A program made the position numbers and the translations under genes. From an uncultured Cytophagales bacterium (lineage in GTDB: Bacteria > Bacteroidota > Bacteroidia > Cytophagales > Cyclobacteriaceae), in assembly GCA_963699805.1 (NCBI GenBank), contig CAVOVH010000002.1, positions 118,220 to 182,219 on the forward strand: a stretch of 64,000 nt of DNA, read 5' to 3'. The notes under the pieces are model-generated. The model made no database searches and was not told the DNA's origin. It worked only from the letters and a program-made list of their open reading frames with translations. This document shows, piece after piece, positions 39,353 to 49,168 of the stretch (positions are counted from its first letter, which is position 1; every line of letters begins with the position of its first letter).

Positions 39353-40042
39353 ATGCATAAAAGAGCTGATTATTATATATATGGGGATGGGAGACAGTTC
39401 AAAAATCAGAATCTCAGGGAGGCTTTCAGTCGGATCAATCAGGATAAAGGTTGGATCATCGACCCAAATCAGGACACTGTTTCTGGACCCGGATCCACAC
39501 TGGGGCAGACCAGGGAAATTATAAAACAGTTGCCGGTTATACTGGATTCGTTCCGAATCGATTGGATATTGGATATTCCCTGTGGAGATTTTAACTGGAT
39601 GAAGCAAATTGATTGGGCAGGCAGGAAATATGTAGGTGCGGATATACTCCCGGAACTTATCGAGAAAAATAACGAGGAATACCGGAATGATTTCATCTCT
39701 TTTATAGAGCTGGATCTAACGGCCGACTCTTTACCTGATGCTGACCTGATATTTTGCCGGGATTGCCTGGTCCATTTTTCTTATCAGGATATATACAGGG
39801 CATTAAAAAATATTAAAAAAGGCAGTGCCTATTATCTGATGACAACCACTTTCCCGGATGAAGAAATCAATGAGGATATTATCTCCGGTGGCTGGAGACC
39901 ACTTAATTTTCGCCTCGCTCCCTTCAACTTTCCAGATCCCGTTTACCTGTTGAATGAGCACTGCACAGAGGCAAATGGTCTTTTTGCGGATAAAAGTCTT
40001 GGTTTGTGGAAAGTCAGTTCCTTGCCGGATATTTTTGAATAA
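39353..40042 (+). CDS. Class I SAM-dependent methyltransferase
   Basis: 229 aa. Motif I-like ILDIPCGDFNWM, then ADLIFCRDCLVHF. Confidence 0.65.
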   Translation: MHKRADYYIYGDGRQFKNQNLREAFSRINQDKGWIIDPNQDTVSGPGSTLGQTREIIKQLPVILDSFRIDWILDIPCGDFNWMKQIDWAGRKYVGADILPELIEKNNEEYRNDFISFIELDLTADSLPDADLIFCRDCLVHFSYQDIYRALKNIKKGSAYYLMTTTFPDEEINEDIISGGWRPLNFRLAPFNFPDPVYLLNEHCTEANGLFADKSLGLWKVSSLPDIFE

Positions 40043-40351
40043 ATTGATCCGGTGTCAGGAGATGGGTTTTAACCGTTTCTGATCCTTAATCAGCCGATTA
40101 TCTCGTCCGTTTTTACTTCTGAATTCCGTGGGCGCGTGATGGTTTCCAATATCCTTTTCATTAGCAATCTTGCAGACATCTTTCATCTCCAACTTCCAGG
40201 ATTACTGCATCCTGATTCCCGCCCGAATGGTAAAAAATGACTGGGAGTTCGGTTTGGCCAAACAGGCCAAATTATTTTTTCCATTCATGTATGAAGAGAT
40301 TGCGAAATTCAGGATAAAATCAATCTGAAGATAAAGATTTATCTTGTGTAT

Positions 40352-41530
40352 CTATCTGCTCTTTTTGAATGCGTTCTCCAGATCTTCAAGGATGTCCTCA
40401 ATGTGTTCAAGTCCCACAGAGATCCTGATTAAGCCGTCAGTGATCCCTACGGCCTGTTTATCCTCCTTCGTCAATTTGGAATGAGTGGTGGAAGCCGGAT
40501 GGGTGATGATCGTCCGAGTATCTCCCAGGTTGGCCGTGAACGATAACATATCAATGGAGTTAAGAAATCTTTTTCCCCTTTCAAGCCCACCCATAATGCC
40601 GAAGGAAACCATCCCTCCCCCCAGTTTCATCTGTTTTCTGGCTACCTTATATTTAGGGTGAGAGGACAGAAATGGATATTTCACCCATTCCACTTCCGGA
40701 TGATCTTCCAGGTGTTTAGCCAAGGTAAATGCATTCTCACAATGCTTTTCCATACGGACTGCCAGGGTCTCCAGACTTCTGGAAAGTATCCAGCCATTAA
40801 AAGGAGACATGGCAGGCCCGGTATGCCGGGCAAAGAACCTGACCTTTTCGATGAGTTCTTTTTTCCCCAATACAGCGCCACCTATAACGCGACCCTGTCC
40901 GTCAATGAATTTCGTGGCGGAATGTGTGACAATGTCGGCCCCCCATTTTACAGGATTCTGAAGATAGGGAGTCGCGAAACAATTATCCACATTGAGAATG
41001 ATTTGATATTTTTTGGCAAGTTTCGCGGCGAATTCCAGATCAACTATGTCCAGTCCAGGATTGGAAGGAGTTTCCAGGAAAAACATGCGGGTGTTGTCCT
41101 GAATGGCTTCTTCCCAGGCAGATAAATTATTCGGATCGACATAGGTACAATTGATTCCCCATCTAGGTAACACCTGTGTAAGGATCTGGTGTGTGGAGCC
41201 AAATAAAGCCCGGGAGGCAATCAGGTGATCTCCCTGGTTCAACAGGGCAGCCATACTGCAGAACATGGCGGCCATGCCGGATGCTGTGGCGATGCCATCC
41301 TCCGTCTCTTCAAGGCTGCAAAGTTTTCCGACGAATTCATCATTATTGGGATTGGAAAACCTACTGTAAATATTCCCTTCCATTTCGTTGGCGAACAAAG
41401 CCCGGGCCTGGTCGGCATCTTCAAAAATAAAACTGGAGGTAGCAAAAATCGGAACGGAATGTTCCCTGTGCTGACTCCGTTCAAGCTGGTGCCGGATGGC
41501 TTTGGTCTCGAAATGTTGCTTTGATTTCAT
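40352..41530 (-). CDS. Cys/Met-metabolism PLP-dependent enzyme, O-succinyl/acetyl-homoserine sulfhydrylase (MetZ/MetY)-like
   Basis: 392 aa. Contains ETKAIR...HSVPIFATSSF, YSRFSNP and the PLP lysine in HSATKFIDGQG. Confidence 0.85.
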   Translation of the reverse strand: MKSKQHFETKAIRHQLERSQHREHSVPIFATSSFIFEDADQARALFANEMEGNIYSRFSNPNNDEFVGKLCSLEETEDGIATASGMAAMFCSMAALLNQGDHLIASRALFGSTHQILTQVLPRWGINCTYVDPNNLSAWEEAIQDNTRMFFLETPSNPGLDIVDLEFAAKLAKKYQIILNVDNCFATPYLQNPVKWGADIVTHSATKFIDGQGRVIGGAVLGKKELIEKVRFFARHTGPAMSPFNGWILSRSLETLAVRMEKHCENAFTLAKHLEDHPEVEWVKYPFLSSHPKYKVARKQMKLGGGMVSFGIMGGLERGKRFLNSIDMLSFTANLGDTRTIITHPASTTHSKLTKEDKQAVGITDGLIRISVGLEHIEDILEDLENAFKKSR

Positions 41531-41575
41531 GCGCGTCAGTTATTGGGTTCCAATTGAAAAAACAGAATGAATGAA

Positions 41576-41995
41576 TTAAACAATTTCAGATGAATACGTG
41601 ATTTTAGCAGTTTTTTCAAGGGTTTTCGTAACAGAACAATACGTTTTCATGGACAGGTCAACGGCTCTTTTCACTTTCTTTTCATCGAGGTTTCCCCGGA
41701 GTAAGAAGTGTACGTGAATGTTCTTAAAAAGGGAAGGCACCTTGTCTTTTTCCCTTTCCCCATCAACCCACACCGTGAGGTCTTCAATCGGCTGCTTTTG
41801 TTTTTTTAAAATACTGATGATATCGATCGAACTGCAACTGCCAAGACCTGCCAACAACAGTTGCATGGGTCTGAATCCTTTGTTCTCGCCACCAACCGAC
41901 ACAGCCCCATCCACCTGAATGACCGCGCCTTCTTCGTTGGTTGCCTTCATATGGACAGCTTTGTTCATCCGTTCTAATGTGATACGCATACTCAA
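41576..41995 (-). CDS. OsmC/Ohr-family peroxiredoxin-like protein
   Basis: 139 aa with the two conserved Cys (GLGSCSSIDI and KTYCSVTKT). Confidence 0.8.
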   Translation of the reverse strand: MSMRITLERMNKAVHMKATNEEGAVIQVDGAVSVGGENKGFRPMQLLLAGLGSCSSIDIISILKKQKQPIEDLTVWVDGEREKDKVPSLFKNIHVHFLLRGNLDEKKVKRAVDLSMKTYCSVTKTLEKTAKITYSSEIV

Positions 41996-42071
41996 TATTT
42001 TAATGATAAAACGTTAAGTTTGTGGTTTCTTAATTGAACCATTATTCAGAATAACCACTAAACTATATAAA

Positions 42072-42389
42072 ATGAAAGAAGTTAATGTTCATGAGCTTAA
42101 AAAAATGATGGACGATCAGGATGATTTTCAGCTCATTGATGTCCGTGAACCGCGGGAACATGAATATTGTAATATCGGCGGGGAATTGATTCCCATGGGA
42201 ACGATCCTCAGCCGGATCGATCAAATCAATAAGGATAAAAAGGTGGTTATTTATTGCCGCAGTGGTAACCGGAGTGCAAATGTCGTTATGGCATTGGAAC
42301 AACGTTTCGGATTTGATAACCTGTATAATCTGAAAGGCGGTATCCTGGACTGGTCGGAAGAGGTAGATCCATCCGTACCGAAATACTGA
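42072..42389 (+). CDS. Single-domain rhodanese
   Basis: 105 aa. Contains LIDVREPREHE and the active-site loop CRSGNRS. Confidence 0.85.
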   Translation: MKEVNVHELKKMMDDQDDFQLIDVREPREHEYCNIGGELIPMGTILSRIDQINKDKKVVIYCRSGNRSANVVMALEQRFGFDNLYNLKGGILDWSEEVDPSVPKY

Positions 42390-42543
42390 GAAGTCATTAC
42401 GGGTTTCAGGATGGCCAGAACCGGTTAGCATCATGAATATCTTCAACGGGTTATGCTGAAGATCTAATTTACTTGATTGAATAGGAATCTTTATCCCATT
42501 TTATCTTTTTCGAGCCAAAAAGTATTACTTCTTTTTCAAAAAT

Positions 42544-44982
42544 TCACTCATATCTCAAAGCTTCGATTGGATTGTTACTTGCCGATTTAACGGTTTGTGT
42601 GAATATGGTTGCAAGACCAAGGATTAACATGATCAGTATCCCCATTCCCAGGATCCCTATACCAAATTCGATCCTGACTGCAAATTCCCTCAGCCACATT
42701 TCGTTAATTAATTTGGCGAAAGGAGTAGCGATAAAAACGGCGATTATCAGCAAGATTAAAAATCCTTTTGAGAGCACCCAAACCGCATCACGGGAAGTAG
42801 CCCCATGTACCTTTCTGATCCCGATCTCCTTTATCCTGGTCTGCACCACAAAGATGACCATGCCAAGTAAACCAAGGCAGGCAATGGATACGGCCAGGAT
42901 GGATATAAATCCAATGATAAATCCAATATCACCAAATATGGCATTCGATTCTGCCAGTTGCTGATCCATGAATTGCGAATCAAAAGCATGGTCCTGATCC
43001 ATCTCTTTCCATTTTTTCGCCATATAATCCATCACAGATTCCTGAGCCCCCGGATGAATCCTGATATTTGCATACCTGAATTTTTCGGGATTGTACCGGA
43101 TGATGAAAGGTCCCACCTCCTGTATCAGACTGGTATAATGAAAATCTTTTACAACTCCCACTACCGTCAAAGGGGGATAGAAGTCCACAAATTTGAAAGT
43201 CTCACCAATTATATCAAGGGGATTTTCATACCCCAGTTTTTTAGCCCCCGTTTCATTTATAAGGAAACAGGATTCGGATTCTTGGGCAGGTTCTTCAGGA
43301 AAGTTAGTGCCCGCAATGAAATTTAACCCAAAATTTTCGATAAAACTCCTCTCAGCAAACATTTCTGTCATTCCGGTGGAATCATGTGGGTCGTCCATTC
43401 TTTTTAGAAATGAATAAGATGTACCACCAGTTGCCAATACAACTGAGCTCCCTGAAACTCCGGCGATGCCGGAATGATTTTTTATCAGATTGGCGTAGTT
43501 TTCATAAGTATTTCCTTGTAAAGACACATTGATGATGTTTTCCTTATTGAATCCATATTCTGAATGCATTAAATGCTTCAATTGATAGTAGATAAGCAGG
43601 GTTGTAATGATAAAAAAGAGGGAAGTAGTAAACTGCAATACGATCAGCGTTTTGCGGAGGGTAACTTTTCTGAAGATCTTAATTCCATGTATGTCCTTGA
43701 GCACTTTGAGTGGTTTAAAAGAAGACAGGTATAAAGCAGGAATAATGCCTGCAACGATACCGATCAAAACGCTGAAGGTAAAAAACAGAAGATATACCCT
43801 AAAATTCGCTGCCATATCTATATGTATAAATCGAGTAAACCAAAGAGAATTGAACGCAGGCTGAAGGAACTGAAGAATTCCTATGGCAATTGCCAGCGAC
43901 AGAACGGATATCAGAATTGATTCACCAATAAATTGAGCAAATATCTGGTTTTTAATTGCACCGGATATTTTCCGTATGCCAACTTCCCGAGCTCTTGAAA
44001 GCGATTTAGCCAAGGACAGGTTTGTATAGTTAAAACAGGCCGATAACATCACAATGGCAGCCAGAATGGCAAGGAAATAAATGACCTGGATGGGTAACCG
44101 GTAGCTGAAGGGATTTTTGTACATTTTCCCCGGAGTAATTTCAGATAAAGGCTGGACCTGAAATACGATTGAATAATCTTCATCTGTCACAACCTGGCTT
44201 TTCCCGATGGAATTTAAAATGGATTGTAAATAGGATTCATTTTTCTCATTCTCAAGTAAGACATAATGATAGGATTGATCCATATCTTCCCAGTTGCCAG
44301 TTAATGTATTCTCCTTTCCCTGCAATTCAAGTATCGGCAATGTCGATAAGGAGGCCAGGATATCAAATTCAAGATGTGTCTTTCCCTTCGGCTCATTCAA
44401 TACACCTGTTACGGTGTAATCACCCAGGTAGGTTGGCTTGTTCTTATTAGGAATCCCGGCAACCACAAGTCCTCTTTCACTGAACCGGATTACTTTGCCG
44501 ATGGGATCTTCATCCCCAAAAAGTTTCGTGGCCGATTCCAGGGTAAGTATCACAGAAAAAGGATCTTTCAACGCAAGATCGTGATCGCCCAGTTTAAGAT
44601 TGAAACTGAACACCTGGAATAATTCTTCACTACAGAAATAACCAAATAAGGGAAGGGAAGTATTAGCATAGGTGGCGTCCCCACCAAATCCTCTTTTAAA
44701 CGTTACAACCTTTTTAATTCCCGTATAATCCTTCATCAGTATATGCCGTACGGGCATGGGAGCAGAAGCCCGGTAGGTCGACTCATTCGATTTTTTACTT
44801 AATACCCGGAAAATATGATTGTACTTCTCATGAAAACAATCGTATTGACTCAAACCCACGATCATCGAAATGATCAGCAGGCAAACTGACATACTTAAGG
44901 CAAGTCCGAAAATATTGATAATGGAAAATGATCTGTTCTTGAACATATTCCGGATGGCGATTTTAATGTAGTTGCGAATCAT
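42544..44982 (-). CDS. ABC transporter permease, FtsX/MacB-like (duplicated FtsX domains)
   Basis: 812 aa. An N-terminal TM helix and large periplasmic domain are followed by 3 TM segments, and this arrangement occurs twice. No adjacent ATPase gene. Confidence 0.85.
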   Translation of the reverse strand: MIRNYIKIAIRNMFKNRSFSIINIFGLALSMSVCLLIISMIVGLSQYDCFHEKYNHIFRVLSKKSNESTYRASAPMPVRHILMKDYTGIKKVVTFKRGFGGDATYANTSLPLFGYFCSEELFQVFSFNLKLGDHDLALKDPFSVILTLESATKLFGDEDPIGKVIRFSERGLVVAGIPNKNKPTYLGDYTVTGVLNEPKGKTHLEFDILASLSTLPILELQGKENTLTGNWEDMDQSYHYVLLENEKNESYLQSILNSIGKSQVVTDEDYSIVFQVQPLSEITPGKMYKNPFSYRLPIQVIYFLAILAAIVMLSACFNYTNLSLAKSLSRAREVGIRKISGAIKNQIFAQFIGESILISVLSLAIAIGILQFLQPAFNSLWFTRFIHIDMAANFRVYLLFFTFSVLIGIVAGIIPALYLSSFKPLKVLKDIHGIKIFRKVTLRKTLIVLQFTTSLFFIITTLLIYYQLKHLMHSEYGFNKENIINVSLQGNTYENYANLIKNHSGIAGVSGSSVVLATGGTSYSFLKRMDDPHDSTGMTEMFAERSFIENFGLNFIAGTNFPEEPAQESESCFLINETGAKKLGYENPLDIIGETFKFVDFYPPLTVVGVVKDFHYTSLIQEVGPFIIRYNPEKFRYANIRIHPGAQESVMDYMAKKWKEMDQDHAFDSQFMDQQLAESNAIFGDIGFIIGFISILAVSIACLGLLGMVIFVVQTRIKEIGIRKVHGATSRDAVWVLSKGFLILLIIAVFIATPFAKLINEMWLREFAVRIEFGIGILGMGILIMLILGLATIFTQTVKSASNNPIEALRYE

Positions 44983-45319
44983 GATGAAAAAGTTTTTGTA
45001 GTTTCTCAGGAATATTTTTTAATCCTAATTCAATTATACGATACGGTGAATGCAATTCCTTCCTACGGAAGTAGTGTTTTGAAAATCAATACTATAGTAG
45101 GAAACAAATAGCTTGGGTTGTTGATAGAAATATTATATGGTCTCAGATTGGATTGGACAAAAGTATCTCCAATGAGGTGTTTGCTGTTAAGCCGTAGGAT
45201 TTATGAGCTGTCAGATGCTTTGTTTCCAGGCAGGGGATATTCCTGGTCCCATCATCAAATTATAAAGCAAATCAATACGAATGGTCTCAGGCTAAATAAC
45301 TCCCAGCCAAATATCAAGC

Positions 45320-46356
45320 CTATAAATCCGTCTCGTATTTGTACAGCAGTTTATCCGCCTCGCCCCTTATTTCGAACCTTATTTTATGATTTCCGTTTTT
45401 CTCCCAGTCAATGATGATCAGACCAAAATTAAGGCCACGGATAAAATCGCTGACCCGGTGTCGGTTCATTTCAACAATTCCATTGTTCCAGCTATGGGTA
45501 AGGCCACTGCTTGTAAAATCATAAAGGGGGTATGGTAGTCCTTCCAGGTCGATCCTTGAGATTTCTGCGATATGCCTATCACCACTTATCATGATTGTTT
45601 TTTTATCGGGGTATTTTTCCAAAAGGTCAAAAAGACGTTTCCTCGCCGTCGGGAAATTGGCCCATTTTTCATAAGCGTGATCTTCGGGGATCACCTGTAT
45701 GCTGGATCCTATGATGTGAAAATCCGCCTCACTATTTTTCAATTCATTTTCGAGCCAGGCCCATTGTGTTTCTCCCAGGATATCTCCTGTGTTATTGGGC
45801 AAATAGGCTTTTGTATTGATATCTTTGTACACAGTATCACGGAAATAGCGGGTGTCAAGCAGGATCACTGTTAATAAATATCCCTCAAAATCATATTGAT
45901 AAGACTGGTAAACTCCCTGATGGTTCCAGACCGGGTTGTCTGCTGGTACCTCCAGAAACTCAAGTGATAATTTTTAACTTTCTTCCTTTTGTGAATAGTT
46001 TCTGCCTCCATCATTCACCCCATAATCATGATCATCCCAGGTGCCAATGATCTCCGTCGATGATCTTAACAATTCCTGGTAACCCGGGTAGGATTTCTGT
46101 TGTTCATATTTATCCTTCATTACCTGCATGTCATGGGTATCACCATAGATGTTATCACCGAGCCATATCCATAGAGCCGGCTGGTGCTGTAACACTTCGT
46201 TCCACCGCTGATTGGGGATATTTTGCCGTGAACACGATCCGAAAGCGATCACCGTATTCCATTTACCGGATCCTCTTTTCGTTCCGTTACGGTCTCATTC
46301 TGAAACTGAGGGAAAAAGAAGAGCAATATAATCAATGGATATTTCGGATATTTCAA
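45320..46356 (-). pseudogene. PhoD-like alkaline phosphatase/metallophosphatase interrupted by an in-frame TAA (and probably an N-terminal frameshift)
   Basis: ORFs 45974-46252 (IAFGSCS...WLGDNIYGD...WDDHDYGVND) and 45320-45868 are in the same frame, separated by a TAA at 45974-45976 (...QKEES*KLSLEFLEVPADNP...). A signal-like peptide (KYPKYPLIILLFFFP, from TTG 46356) lies in a different frame. Confidence 0.75.
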
Positions 46357-46485
46357 GGTAAAAATTAATCTGGATGGAAATCTATCGATCGAAATCCAAT
46401 CCGGCAAAAAATTTATGAATATTCCGGGTTATATTTCATTTAAACATTAATTGGCGTAATTTCCAGATAAAAAAATGATTTTACC

Positions 46486-47457
46486 ATGGTGAACCGACGA
46501 AAATTCCTGAAAGGCTCTCTGCTCAGCCTGATCACTTCTACCGTGTCCTTGAAACTGGCAGGGAAAACCAAGAGTTTTTTGAAATTCAGCACCCCGGCAT
46601 ACCCGATCGTGGCCGCTACCTGGGATAACCGGGAAGCCACCGAAGAAGGAATGAAAGTATTGTTAAGGGGAGGATCGGCCCTGGATGCGGTGGAAGCTGG
46701 GGCAAAAATTCCGGAAGGGGACCCCAATGATACCAGTGTAGGATATGGGGGATATCCGGACCGGGAAGGACGGGTCACCCTGGATGCCTGCATCATGGAT
46801 CAAAATGGGAATGCCGGATCGGTCACCTATTTACAGCATATCAAACATCCCATCTCAGTGGCCCGGAGAGTGATGGAAAAAACGCCTCATGTTATGCTCA
46901 GTGGGGATGGAGCACTTCAATTTGCCCTGGATGAAGGATTTAACAAGGAGGAACTCCTGACCGGGCAAGCTGAAAAAGTCTGGAAAGAATGGTTGGAAAA
47001 AAACAAGGATCAGCCTGGCAATCACGATACCATCGGGATCCTGGCCATCGATGAAAAGGGGGATCTTTGCGGCGCCTGTTCTACCAGTGGGCTGGCTTTC
47101 AAGATGCCTGGCCGGGTGGGGGATTCACCGATCATCGGAGCTGGAATGTATGTAGATAATGAGATTGGGGGAGCCTGCGCTACCGGCGTCGGAGAACTGG
47201 TCATGAAAATTGTAGGGTCTTTTATGATCGTAGAATTGATGCGGCAGGGGAATACACCGCAGCAGGCATGTCAAAAAGCCGTCGAGAGGATTATTAAAAA
47301 ATATCCGGGAATCAAAAATGAGGACACCCAGGTGGGATTCCTTGCCTTGAATAAAAATGGGGAGGTTGGGGGATTTTCTGTCAGGCCGGGCTATTCCATT
47401 GCTGTTTCCAAAAAAACTCGCACTTACCTGGTCAATCCGGATTATTATATTAAGTAA
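46486..47457 (+). CDS. Glycosylasparaginase / isoaspartyl peptidase (Ntn-hydrolase, asparaginase-2 family), Tat-type signal
   Basis: MVNRRKFLKGS signal. Autoprocessing/nucleophile region is GNHDTIGILAID. Confidence 0.85.
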   Translation: MVNRRKFLKGSLLSLITSTVSLKLAGKTKSFLKFSTPAYPIVAATWDNREATEEGMKVLLRGGSALDAVEAGAKIPEGDPNDTSVGYGGYPDREGRVTLDACIMDQNGNAGSVTYLQHIKHPISVARRVMEKTPHVMLSGDGALQFALDEGFNKEELLTGQAEKVWKEWLEKNKDQPGNHDTIGILAIDEKGDLCGACSTSGLAFKMPGRVGDSPIIGAGMYVDNEIGGACATGVGELVMKIVGSFMIVELMRQGNTPQQACQKAVERIIKKYPGIKNEDTQVGFLALNKNGEVGGFSVRPGYSIAVSKKTRTYLVNPDYYIK

Positions 47458-47548
47458 CCATAAATATTACCTAACCGTAAAAACAATTTGTATAACGGTT
47501 GCGTTTATTGAAGGAATGCGACCGAATTGCAGTCATAAAAGCGATTGA

Positions 47549-48922
47549 ATGGCCCAATCTAAAATTTTAGGTTCCGAGAATATACCTTCATTACTGATCA
47601 AACAATCCATCCCGGCAGCCATTGGCATCCTTGTATTATCCATATACAACCTGGTTGATACCATTTTTGTGGGTAATTATGTCGGTCCCCTTGGCATTGC
47701 CGCAGTCACCGTCACATTGCCTATTTCCTTTTTTATTTCTTCGGTAGGAATGGCCATTGGGATTGGTGGTGGATCGATCATTTCCAGGGCCCTTGGAAGT
47801 GGAAATAACGATAAGGCCAACCTTACATTCGGCAATATGATCGGGATGACCCTGACAGTTGCTGCGGCTTTTGTGATCGTCAGCACCTATTTCCTCAGGG
47901 AAGTATTGATGATTTTTGGGGGAAAAGGAGAAACGCTGGAATATGCCACTGATTATTTTCGGATACTGCTCATCGGGATTCCCTTTCTTTCCTGGGCCAT
48001 GATGGCCAACAATGTGATCAGGGCCGAAGGAAAACCTAAATTTGCCATGTTGGTGATGATGATCCCGGCTGTTACCAATATCATCCTGGATGCCGTTTTC
48101 ATCATATATCTTGGATGGGGCATTGAAGGAGCTGCCTGGGCAACGACCATTTCCTATATATTAAGTGCTATTTATGCATTGGGGTTTTTCGTTTATGGGA
48201 AATCGGAATTGGAGGTTGAAAGGAAATTTTTCAGGGTCGATCTGAAGATCGCCAAAGAGATCTTATCCCTTGGAAGTGTCACACTGGCCCGTCAGGGAAC
48301 CATCAGTTTGTTGATCCTGATCATGAACCATACCTTATTCAGGTATGGAGGAGAAATAGCCATCGCCATTTATGGAATCATAAGCCGGATGATCATGTTT
48401 TCATTATTCCCGGTTATGGGACTAGTCCAGGGATTTGTTCCCATTGCTGGTTATAACTATGGGGCTGAAGACTGGGAAAGGGTTAAAGATGTGGTTAATA
48501 AAGCTATAAAATATGGGGTGATTCTGTCCTTTCTCATCTTTATATCCATCCTTTTTGGGGCGGATTTCATCGTAAAAGTCTTCTCGAAAGATTCTGAAAT
48601 ATTGAGGATTACGCCGGCAGCGTTACGAATTGCATTTCTAGCCACACCACTCATAGCGGTCCAGCTTGTTGGCGCGGCCTATTTTCAAGCCATCGGTAAG
48701 CCAGGTCCAGCCTTGATCCTTTCCCTTTCAAAGCAGGGATTCTTCTTGATCCCCCTGGTACTGATCATGCCACTATTCTTTGGCCTGGATGGGGTCTGGT
48801 ACTCTTTTCCAATCGCTGATCTTTCCTCCACCTTTGTTACCTGGATATTCCTGAAAAGAGAAATCAATGAGCGATTGAATCCTTTGATACATTTAAAGGA
48901 GTTGAAAAGTATTCGGGCATAA
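47549..48922 (+). CDS. MATE-family efflux transporter
   Basis: 457 aa with 12 predicted TM segments. N-terminal pattern is LLIKQSIPAAIGILVLSIYNLVDTIFVG. Confidence 0.9.
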   Translation: MAQSKILGSENIPSLLIKQSIPAAIGILVLSIYNLVDTIFVGNYVGPLGIAAVTVTLPISFFISSVGMAIGIGGGSIISRALGSGNNDKANLTFGNMIGMTLTVAAAFVIVSTYFLREVLMIFGGKGETLEYATDYFRILLIGIPFLSWAMMANNVIRAEGKPKFAMLVMMIPAVTNIILDAVFIIYLGWGIEGAAWATTISYILSAIYALGFFVYGKSELEVERKFFRVDLKIAKEILSLGSVTLARQGTISLLILIMNHTLFRYGGEIAIAIYGIISRMIMFSLFPVMGLVQGFVPIAGYNYGAEDWERVKDVVNKAIKYGVILSFLIFISILFGADFIVKVFSKDSEILRITPAALRIAFLATPLIAVQLVGAAYFQAIGKPGPALILSLSKQGFFLIPLVLIMPLFFGLDGVWYSFPIADLSSTFVTWIFLKREINERLNPLIHLKELKSIRA

Positions 48923-49168
48923 AATGGATTACACTTTCTTCATTTACTTATCCGGGTCCTCCCAAGGAGTTAAAAGGAGGGTAATGAATATGATTAAAAA
49001 TTGATAAGTTTTCATATATTTCCTGTCCGTTTATTAAAAATTACGATTAACTTTTCGTAATGATATGACCGGAGTATTTTATTGAAAAATGAATATTTAC
49101 TTTTTCTGATATTTAAAGATCTGGTGGCTTTTAATTTATTTTTTAGGATCTAATAAATTTTTTAGTGT

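Noticed and set aside
45974-45976. The in-frame TAA in the PhoD-like gene as programmed recoding or an alternative genetic code.
   Set aside because: All other genes in the window terminate normally under the standard code, many of them at TAA. TAA is not a known Sec/Pyl codon. The same gene also appears to have a displaced N-terminus. A nonsense mutation or base-call error is the simpler explanation.
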